Below are positions 59,801 to 64,000 of a stretch of DNA of 64,000 nt, one piece after another. The stretch is from Eledone cirrhosa (Eukaryota). A model generated the notes under the pieces. The model saw only the letters and a list, made by a program, of their open reading frames with translations, was not told the DNA's origin and searched no databases. The position numbers and the translations under genes were made by a program. The stretch covers positions 39,680,001-39,744,000 of the forward strand of contig OZ024752.1 in the NCBI GenBank assembly GCA_964016885.1, given 5' to 3'. How positions within the stretch are numbered: position 1 is the first letter of the stretch; each line of letters starts with the position of its first letter.

Positions 59801-61359
59801 GGATGGCTCTGAACATTAAACAGTATACACTGAGGATGAAAAACTCAGAGCTGTATGGGAGCATCCCAAAAGACAGCTCAAAAGTGACACAGAGGAGACT
59901 GAGGTTAGCTGGACATACTCACCGACATCCAGAGTTGACATTGCACTCAGTGCTCCTTTGGGAGCCCCTACATGGACACACTAGAAGAGGAAGACCAAGG
60001 TTAACGTATGTTGATGCCCTAAGGACAGACACTGGTCTGTTGGAGACGCAGGACATGGCAGCGATAATGAGGGACAGAGACCGCTGGAGAGAACTCGTCC
60101 ATGGATCTCAGGAATTTTACCCACCTTAGATAGATAGATATATAGAGTAATGTAAATACAATAGTATATATAGTATATATAGTATATAGAGAGTAATGTA
60201 AATACAATATAAGGTAATAATAATAAATTTGAAGACTAAAATCCAAAGAGGGCTCGATAAGGATAAATATATATCAAATATATAAGAACCCAAGAGCAAA
60301 TATTTATTAAAATTACAGATTAAAATTTAAGCAAAGAATCGCTGCTTTCACCCTTAACGGGATCTTCTGAAACTAAAAAAATCAATCTGTGAATGCAGAA
60401 GTAAATATTTCGAAAAACGATGCAACTGAAGGAAAACAGGAAAACGTGAAAGCAGCGATTCTTTGCTTAAAATTTAATCTGTTATTTTAATATATATATA
60501 TATTGGAAAATGTGTGAGATCCTTGGTACAGTTAGGTATATTTGAAAAAAGGAAAAGAATGACTTCACAAGTGAAGTCATTCTTTTCCTTTTTTCAAATA
60601 TAAATATATATATATATATATGTGTGTGTGTGGGTGACTATATGAGTGTGTGTTTAGATGTATGACTGTACAATATTCATTTCAACTCATCAGTGTAATA
60701 CTACGTTTTAATATAATTTAGCAGATTAAGAGAAATAAATGAGTGTTATCAATATATCGATCCTGAGTGTGTGTTAGTTTATTTGCAATTTCCCTTTTAT
60801 CATTATATTTAATAATTGATAAGGATGAAAGGCAAAGTATGGATGACTTTGCCTTTCATCCTTATGGGGTCGATAAAATAAAGTACCAGTAATACACTGG
60901 GTAATTGCTGGCCTTGTGCCTAAAGTAGAAACAATTATTAAATATGATTTCTTTATTCATTAGTTTAATGCCTTAAACTAATGAATAAAGAAATCATATT
61001 TAATAATTGTTTCTACTTTAGGCACAAGGCCAGCAATTACCCAGTGTATTACTGGTACTTTATTTTATCGACCCCGTAAGGATGAAAGGCAAAGTCATCC
61101 ATACTTAATAGATTCCAAAGTTTACTGAACCTACTTCAGTTTTTTCTTTTTAATTCCAATATGTCTTTTTTATGTATTCTTTATATTCTTATTTCAATTC
61201 CATTATTTCTCCAATCAAATTTCATTACAGTCTCCATTCAACCTAATTCAATATTCAATTATTGGCGATGATGATGCTGATAGATACTTTCAAATTGACA
61301 GTCAAACAGGAAAAATCACTTTGAAACAAAATATAGATAGTAGAATTCCCTTGCATCGA
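788..61359 (+). CDS. Large multi-exon atypical cadherin (Fat/protocadherin-like tandem EC repeats); internal part only, 24 exons, ~1324 aa, ~12.5 repeats
   Basis: 24 AG..GT-bounded exons, each a multiple of 3 nt, join without stops. They carry recurring cadherin motifs AxDxGxP, (V/I)xRNxxxPxF, (A)xDxD, YxI, FxI(N/D)xxxGxI. Confidence 0.93.
2536..2602 (+). ncRNA. Minimal type-I hammerhead ribozyme motif (Penelope-like element remnant)
   Basis: tattttat-CTGATGA-stem II (gtactg/cagtac)-GAAA-tatgta-TA-ataaaata. Confidence 0.7.
2756..2941 (+). CDS. Cadherin exon 2 ([11 protein letters not shown]...GRNLNSP...ATDADKW)
   Basis: tttcag / gtaagt, 186 nt. Confidence 0.93.
3312..3532. mobile_element. 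piggyBac-like MITE (TTAA-CCCTTT...AAAGGG-TTAA); further copies near 12906-13412, 28918, 30700-30916, 39600-39885, 49472-49692
   Basis: Terminal inverted repeats with TTAA flanks; conserved internal sequence among copies. Confidence 0.7.
3924..4004. repeat. (CTT)n microsatellite
   Basis: Direct reading. Confidence 0.95.
4400..5416. repeat. ~1 kb degenerate (CAT)n/(CAAT)n microsatellite
   Basis: Direct reading. Confidence 0.95.
5476..5604 (+). CDS. Cadherin exon 3 ([11 protein letters not shown]...NTRFQ)
   Basis: tttgcag / gtatga, 129 nt. Confidence 0.9.
5643..5760 (+). mobile_element. tRNA-derived CORE-like SINE head; other copies near 22750-22880(-), 37430-37545, 47228-47355, 55880-56010(-)
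   Basis: A box tggctgagtgg, B box gttcaattcc, then gtccttgagcaagacactttatttcac. Confidence 0.65.
6592..6657 (-). ncRNA. Minimal hammerhead ribozyme in pLTR
   Basis: Reverse complement of 8821-8886. Confidence 0.75.
8821..8886 (+). ncRNA. Minimal hammerhead ribozyme in inverted pLTR
   Basis: tattttgt-CTGAAGA-stem II (agg..catatt/aatatg..cct)-GAAA-tatata-TA-acgaaata. Confidence 0.75.
9436..9618 (+). CDS. Cadherin exon 4 ([11 protein letters not shown]...QRNMYTP...QAVDS)
   Basis: ttctag / gtaagt, 183 nt. Confidence 0.92.
10003..10222. mobile_element. (TA)n-embedded fold-back element, family A (also 26189-26342, 61574-61767; fragments 15432-15487, 47115-47220)
   Basis: ~60-bp inverted arms containing ccgtcGAAAcggc, plus an ~85-bp unique tail; TA tracts on both sides. 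Confidence 0.75.
10860..11470. mobile_element. (TA)n-embedded fold-back element with ~260-bp arms
   Basis: 10911-11168 is the near-perfect reverse complement of 11208-11466; the spacer contains GAAACGCGTC, a hammerhead 3' half. Confidence 0.8.
12146..12286 (+). CDS. Cadherin exon 5 ([13 protein letters not shown]...DSQYI)
   Basis: tttaccag / gtaagc, 141 nt. Confidence 0.9.
12932..13277. repeat. 57-bp tandem repeat x6 inside a TTAA MITE
   Basis: Unit ctggccagaattctctcacctctttctgttcaaactggctgtaaccggctgctcata. Confidence 0.9.
13651..13976 (-). mobile_element. R4/Dong-like non-LTR 3' fragment (second copy 33466-33605)
   Basis: ORF 13725-13964 EKINRYQDL...[10 protein letters not shown]...LQKACLLGT; (ATT)n on both sides. 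Confidence 0.8.
14000..15112 (-). mobile_element. R4/Dong-clade non-LTR retrotransposon, 5'-truncated (CCHC knuckle + restriction-like endonuclease)
   Basis: ORF 14144-15208: [44 protein letters not shown]; bounded by (TAA)n. Confidence 0.88.
15172..15357 (+). CDS. Cadherin exon 6 ([12 protein letters not shown]...NRNNNNP...AKDSDTQ)
   Basis: (tta)n-tag acceptor / gtaaca donor, 186 nt. Confidence 0.9.
15548..15703. mobile_element. (TA)n-embedded fold-back element, family B (also 44790-44988; non-palindromic copy from ~288)
   Basis: Inverted arms around tttcatt/aatgaaa; the 44.9-kb copy has CTGATGA..GAAA on both strands. Confidence 0.7.
16453..16581 (+). CDS. Cadherin exon 7 ([11 protein letters not shown]...ENSYT)
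   Basis: tttacag / gtaagt, 129 nt. Confidence 0.9.
16528..17268 (+). repeat. 185-bp tandem repeat x4 containing the 3' end of exon 7 and its splice donor
   Basis: The donor context tataca|gtaagt recurs at 16581, 16766, 16951 and 17136. Confidence 0.92.
18011..18424. mobile_element. (TA)n-embedded fold-back element, family C, with hammerheads on both strands
   Basis: Arms 18011-18167 / 18183-18339 plus unique tail; second copy 54735-55133. Confidence 0.85.
18231..18301 (+). ncRNA. Minimal hammerhead ribozyme (mirror copy 18049-18119, - strand)
   Basis: tgttttat-CTGATGA-long stem II-GAAA-tgcgca-TA-ataaaata; palindromic stem III. Confidence 0.8.
18465..18687. mobile_element. Tc1/mariner-type MITE
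   Basis: TA-CAGTGTGTTCACTTTTTACG...CGTAAAAAGCGAACACACTG-TA. Confidence 0.8.
19020..19340 (-). mobile_element. LINE 3' end with AATAAA and (ATT)n tail; + strand copies 33660-34065 and 13530-13650
   Basis: Shared cccttgtggytaataaagaaagc-attattatt terminus. Confidence 0.55.
19524..20436 (+). mobile_element. Tandem cluster of a tRNA-derived SINE (Meta-type central domain likely); many more copies, e.g. 18840-19020(-), 34398-34990, 35745-35925(-), 42630-42810, 46270-46800, 50655-50835
   Basis: gggcggtggattggcagtatcggtag...gagttcaaatcccgccgaggttaactttgcctttcatccttacggggtcgataaa. Confidence 0.75.
21112..21303 (+). CDS. Cadherin exon 8 ([12 protein letters not shown]...QRNKFAP...ATDADTS)
   Basis: tttcag / gtacgt, 192 nt. 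Confidence 0.92.
21530..21815 (-). mobile_element. RTE-clade LINE 3' fragment
   Basis: KLAGHCIHH...LVLWKP...GR...DRDNWR; (GAA)-type tail. Confidence 0.7.
23411..23542 (+). CDS. Cadherin exon 9 ([13 protein letters not shown]...STYQ)
   Basis: ttttcag / gtaaga, 132 nt. Confidence 0.92.
23928..24432. mobile_element. (TA)n-embedded fold-back element, family D: 204-bp arms, 1-nt spacer
   Basis: 23928-24131 is the near-perfect reverse complement of 24133-24336, followed by a ~95-bp tail. Confidence 0.88.
24231..24285 (+). ncRNA. Minimal hammerhead ribozyme (mirror copy 23979-24033, - strand)
   Basis: actgc-CTGAAGA-ggtcacagcca(aaga)tggctgtcact-GAAA-tatata-TA-gcagt. Confidence 0.82.
27640..28397. 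mobile_element. Mariner-like MITE with an internal 144-bp tandem repeat x5
   Basis: gctgaaaatatcatagg ... cctatgaacttttcagc inverted ends; unit starts at 27660, 27804, 27948... Confidence 0.6.
28507..28695 (+). CDS. Cadherin exon 10 ([12 protein letters not shown]...SRNLYAP...ATDADNV)
   Basis: tttttag / gtaagt, 189 nt. Confidence 0.92.
29232..29455 (+). mobile_element. RTE LINE 3' fragment with (TAGA)n tail
   Basis: ORF 29246-29440 [21 protein letters not shown]. Confidence 0.85.
29456..30484. repeat. Compound minisatellite (gagtaatgtaaatacaat + (agtatatat)n) derived from the MITE subterminal sequence
   Basis: Direct reading; the unit matches MITE sequence at 30878-30907. Confidence 0.9.
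31871..31993 (+). CDS. Cadherin exon 11 ([10 protein letters not shown]...NVYS)
   Basis: ttttcag / gtaagg, 123 nt. Confidence 0.9.
34117..34305 (+). CDS. Cadherin exon 12 ([12 protein letters not shown]...LRNKNAP...ATDADVN)
   Basis: ttttag / gtaagt, 189 nt. Confidence 0.92.
35168..35730 (-). mobile_element. RTE LINE 3' fragment with an in-frame 99-bp tandem repeat (~x4)
   Basis: ORF 35176-35709 repeats [32 protein letters not shown]. Confidence 0.88.
36040..36953 (-). mobile_element. CRE-like non-LTR 3' fragment expanded as a 79-bp minisatellite (~x10)
   Basis: TSSVLGP...[14 protein letters not shown]-terminal motif; related fragment near 49900-50110(+). Confidence 0.6.
37622..38450 (-). 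repeat. 135-bp tandem repeat x6 of the SINE 3' part
   Basis: Unit starts at 37622, 37757, 37892... Confidence 0.9.
38716..38865 (+). CDS. Cadherin exon 13 ([21 protein letters not shown]...SVYN)
   Basis: ttttgaag / gtaagt, 150 nt; the acceptor is less certain (AAG) but is the nearby in-frame one. Confidence 0.82.
39227..39541 (+). CDS. Cadherin exon 14, double-length ([12 protein letters not shown]...[11 protein letters not shown]...LKYT)
   Basis: polyT-tag / gtaagt, 315 nt; matches ORF 39227. Confidence 0.93.
40580..40850 (-). mobile_element. Tc1/mariner transposon 3' remnant
   Basis: TA-CAGGATGGGGCATAAGTT end; [29 protein letters not shown] transposase C-terminus. Confidence 0.65.
41301..41575. 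mobile_element. (TA)n-embedded fold-back element: 118-bp arms, no spacer
   Basis: 41301-41418 is the reverse complement of 41419-41536 (one mismatch); ~40-bp tail. Confidence 0.85.
42013..42201 (+). CDS. Cadherin exon 15 ([11 protein letters not shown]...KRNTLPP...ATDTDE)
   Basis: tttttag / gtaagt, 189 nt. Confidence 0.92.
43270..44435 (+). mobile_element. Decayed RTE-type LINE 3' region with a 123-bp tandem repeat (~x7)
   Basis: [24 protein letters not shown]-like frames; (GAA) tail. Confidence 0.65.
46113..46238 (+). CDS. Cadherin exon 16 ([19 protein letters not shown]...SNYQ)
   Basis: ccaacag / gtaagt, 126 nt. Confidence 0.87.
47352..47818 (+). repeat. 128-bp tandem repeat x3 in a composite SINE/RTE-related element; single-unit copies at 22545-22880 and 55675-56010 in the opposite orientation
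   Basis: ctacagctggatgcccttcctaacaccaacc family. Confidence 0.75.
48878..49063 (+). CDS. Cadherin exon 17 ([12 protein letters not shown]...ERNFFTP...ATDNDWR)
   Basis: ttaatag / gtaagt, 186 nt. Confidence 0.92.
49290..49433 (+). CDS. Cadherin exon 18 ([11 protein letters not shown]...TTYQ)
   Basis: tttatag / gtaaga, 144 nt. Confidence 0.91.
51171..51356 (+). CDS. Cadherin exon 19 ([11 protein letters not shown]...TRNDNPP...ATDKDT)
   Basis: ctttcag / gtaaag, 186 nt. Confidence 0.92.
52648..52926. repeat. 40-bp minisatellite x7
   Basis: aaacctttaaaaggggtggttttatttcatagaaccatg(g/a). Confidence 0.92.
53132..53263 (+). CDS. Cadherin exon 20 ([14 protein letters not shown]...[11 protein letters not shown])
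   Basis: ttttcag / gtaagt, 132 nt; the only canonical DRE motif in the window. Confidence 0.92.
54299..54400. mobile_element. Small (TA)n-embedded fold-back element with hammerhead-like CAGAAGA..GAAA (family also at 53430-53495, 60305-60490)
   Basis: aatcgctgctttcacccttaacgggatcttctgaaa followed by its reverse complement. Confidence 0.65.
54561..54718. mobile_element. (TA)n-embedded fold-back element (family also at 20794-20850, 26913-27205)
   Basis: 53-bp arms ttgttatacttggggagggtcat... plus a tail. Confidence 0.75.
54937..55007 (+). ncRNA. Minimal hammerhead ribozyme, family C copy 2 (mirror on - strand ~54775-54845)
   Basis: tgttttat-CTGATGA-stem II-GAAA-tgcgca-TA-ataaaata. Confidence 0.8.
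55239..55348 (-). ncRNA. Hammerhead-like motif with an extended stem II
   Basis: On the - strand: gttt-CTGATGA-tctgat...atcaga-GAAA-caattg-TT-agac. Confidence 0.6.
56033..56791. mobile_element. Non-coding element with identical 143-bp direct terminal repeats, in (TA)n
   Basis: 56033-56175 equals 56649-56791. Confidence 0.75.
57038..57232 (+). CDS. Cadherin exon 21 ([11 protein letters not shown]...NRNLFAP...ARDSDVM)
   Basis: ttttaag / gtatga, 195 nt; an alternative in-frame donor gtaatg lies 6 nt upstream. Confidence 0.88.
58363..58485 (+). CDS. Cadherin exon 22 ([10 protein letters not shown]...SPIQ)
   Basis: ttttcag / gtatga, 123 nt. Confidence 0.89.
59177..59368 (+). CDS. Cadherin exon 23 ([11 protein letters not shown]...IKDNYPP...ARDNDTT)
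   Basis: ttcatag / gtaagt, 192 nt. Confidence 0.89.
59565..60140 (+). mobile_element. RTE LINE 3' fragment (RT thumb and C-terminus)
   Basis: ORF 59569-60129 [32 protein letters not shown]. Confidence 0.9.
60836..61106. repeat. Inverted duplication of a SINE 3' end plus flanking DNA (~133-bp arms)
   Basis: Centre at ~60970 (tttaa-tgcc-ttaaa). Confidence 0.85.
61231..61359 (+). CDS. Cadherin exon 24 ([20 protein letters not shown]...PLHR)
   Basis: attacag / gtaagt, 129 nt. Confidence 0.91.
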
Positions 61360-61541
61360 GTAAGTATCTTAATATTTTGTTCTATATATACCTATATTTC
61401 TCTGGTAGAACTCAACTGTGTTTAGACCTGGAGAGAATCTGGGTTCTATCAGTATTTATATATTATATATATATATAATTATATATAATTATATATACAT
61501 TAATTATATATATGTTGATTATATATATATAATTATATATG

Positions 61542-61574
<33 letters not shown>

Positions 61575-61762
61575 ACGAAGGAAATGTGGTAAGGAACCAG
61601 GTGGACCATAACGCACCAAAGTACTCAATACTTGGGGTAGTAGAGTGGGTAATAGGAACCAGTAAGACCCCGACAGCTGAACTCAAGCCGTTTCGACGGC
61701 TAATTCTGGACTGAATTAGCCGTCGAAACGGCTTGAGCTCAGCTGTCGGGGTCTTACTGGTT

Positions 61763-61820
<58 letters not shown>

Positions 61821-61844
61821 TATATGTATACAATCATATACATA

Positions 61845-61910
<66 letters not shown>

Positions 61911-62022
61911 TATATGTATATTAATTATATATGTATATATATGTATATATGTATATTAATTATATATGTATATAATGATATATATATATATGTATATATA
62001 TATACATATATATATGTATATA

Positions 62023-64000
62023 ATCATCCTAGACTTAATTTTCAGCAATCACACTGACAATATCCACAATATTGCAGTGGAGAAAACTCTACTCTCTGAT
62101 CATGACATGGTTCTCTGTGATCTGAGATTCCACCGTCCAATATACAAACCCAATGTCATCTCTCCTGTCCATCCATTTGACGCTATGGATTTCCACAATG
62201 CAAACTGGGAAGCGATCAGTCATGATCTTGCACATGTCGACTGGTCCTTCACGCACATTCATACACCCACTAACATCAAAAAGTCCTGGCAGACATTTGT
62301 GGACACTGTTACAAACATATGTGCAAAACACACCCCATTAAGAACTATAAACAAATCTAAGAGCAGAATCCCTAGAAATAGAAAAACGCTCATCAGAAAA
62401 ATTAAGAGAACGAACAAAAAAATCAACAAGCTGAAATACTGTCAGCAGCAACACATCAACTTGACTGCCATTTCATCACTAGAGATTAAAAAACATAACC
62501 TCCAAAACAACATAATGTCCCTCATCAACAATCAGAGAAGAGCTGAAGAGGCCTGGGCCATTGAGAAGATCAAACTCAATCCCAAAGTGTTCTTTTCATT
62601 TGCAAAAAAACACAAAATCACTGGCTCTACTGTTGGCCCTCTAATTGATGAAAATGGCACTCTTCAAGACAATGCTAAAACCATGGGTGAGATACTGCAG
62701 AAACAATACTGCTCTGTTTTCAGCAATCCTGATATGGCCGATCTGGGCTGTATCGGCGATGTTACTCCCCATTACACCTTATCGGACATAACGTTTGGCG
62801 CCCCTGATGTCTTAGCGGCAATAAAGGAAATCAAGCATAATTCAGCAGTAGGTCCCGATAGGTTCCCTGCTTGTGTCTTGAAGGCGTGTCAACACCAACT
62901 TGCATCTCCTCTTGCCAATCTGTGGCGGAACTCACTGGATGCTGGATATGTGCCAGAAAACCTTCTATCCCAGTCTGTTGTCCCAGTTTTCAAAAAGGGA
63001 AACAAATCCCTTGCCGTGAATTACCGTCCAATCTCACTCACCTCTCATATCATTAAGGTATTTGAGAGAGTGGTGAGATCGCGAATGACCCACTTCCTTG
63101 AGAGTAACAATATGCTGAACTCCAACCAGCATGGATTCCGTAATGGAAGGGATTGCCTGACGCAGCTACTGCATCACTTTGATGACATTTTGAGAGCCTT
63201 GGGAGAGGGTTCCAACACTGATGTTATCTACCTTGATTTCAGCAAGGCCTTTGACAGGGTTGATCATAACATTCTACTGAGAAAGCTGTCCAATATTGGT
63301 GTCACTGGAAAGCTGCTGCAGTGGATCAAGAGCTTCCTGTCAAATAGAACCCAACATGTTGTAGTTGAGGGAGTCAAATCCAGCCCAGCCAAAGTCAGTA
63401 GTGGGGTCCCACAAGGCACTGTGTTGGGCCCACTTCTCTTCATCATCTATATTAATGACATCACTGACATCATCAAACACAGCAACATTAAAATTTTCGC
63501 TGATGATTCCAAGCTCCAAAAGGTCATCAATGGCGTGGATGACCGGATAAGCCTTCAGTCAGACCTACTGGCTGTTACCCAATGGGCGGAAAAGAACAAC
63601 ATGTTACTGAACGAAGACAAATTCGAACTGATCCACTTTGGAAAAGAGGATGCTCTGAAACTCCCGTACTCCCTTCCCTCCGGGGAAACTCTCGTGGCAT
63701 CTAACAACATCAGAGACTTGGGAGTAACCGTGGACAGCAACATAAGCTGGGCCACGCATATAAGCAGCAAAGTTGACATGGCCCGCAGAATGTGTTCCTG
63801 GATCCTCAGAACCTTCCAGTCAAGAGATTCCCACACCATTATCCTTCTCTTCTCTACTTTTGCCCGACCACACCTTGAATACTGTTGTCCACTGTGGTCT
63901 CCCCACACGAAACAAAGTATCATGAAACTTGAAGCTCCTCAAAGGGCAATCACGAAAAAGATAGATGGCATGTCAGACCTTGACTACTGGGGTCGACTAG
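62023..64000 (+). mobile_element. CR1-type (CR1/Jockey group) LINE ORF2: end of the APE domain plus reverse transcriptase, 5'-truncated, runs off the window
   Basis: LDLIF..SDH, YRPISLTS, QHGFR, YLDFSKAFD.VDH, SGVPQGTVLGP, FADDSK, RDLGV, RPHLEYC motifs read in one frame. Confidence 0.92.

Noticed and set aside
788-61359. Assigning a symbol such as FAT4, DCHS or CDH23
   Set aside because: Only ectodomain repeats are visible and the linkers are non-canonical; orthology cannot be judged without a search
62871-63923. Short ORFs overlapping the terminal LINE
   Set aside because: Alternative-frame and antisense shadows of the LINE ORF2

Overview
AT-rich, microsatellite- and transposon-dense animal genomic DNA. 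The SINE, LINE and microsatellite landscape suggests an octopus or other coleoid cephalopod (inference). The window lies wholly inside one large + strand gene. I traced 24 GT-AG exons (788-61359), all phase 0, which splice into an uninterrupted ~1324-aa run of about 12.5 extracellular cadherin repeats; start and stop lie outside the window. The repeats are atypical: the DxNDN linker is replaced by RNxxxP and the LDRE motif is almost always lost. Introns hold CR1, RTE, R4/Dong-like and CRE-like LINE pieces, a Penelope-like GIY-YIG fragment, tRNA-derived SINEs, MITEs and many 40-185 bp tandem duplications. The most striking hidden structure is a recurring class of fold-back (palindromic) elements inside (TA)n tracts. 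They come from at least eight unrelated families, and several carry complete minimal type-I hammerhead ribozyme motifs on both strands. Most ORFs in the supplied track are microsatellite artefacts.
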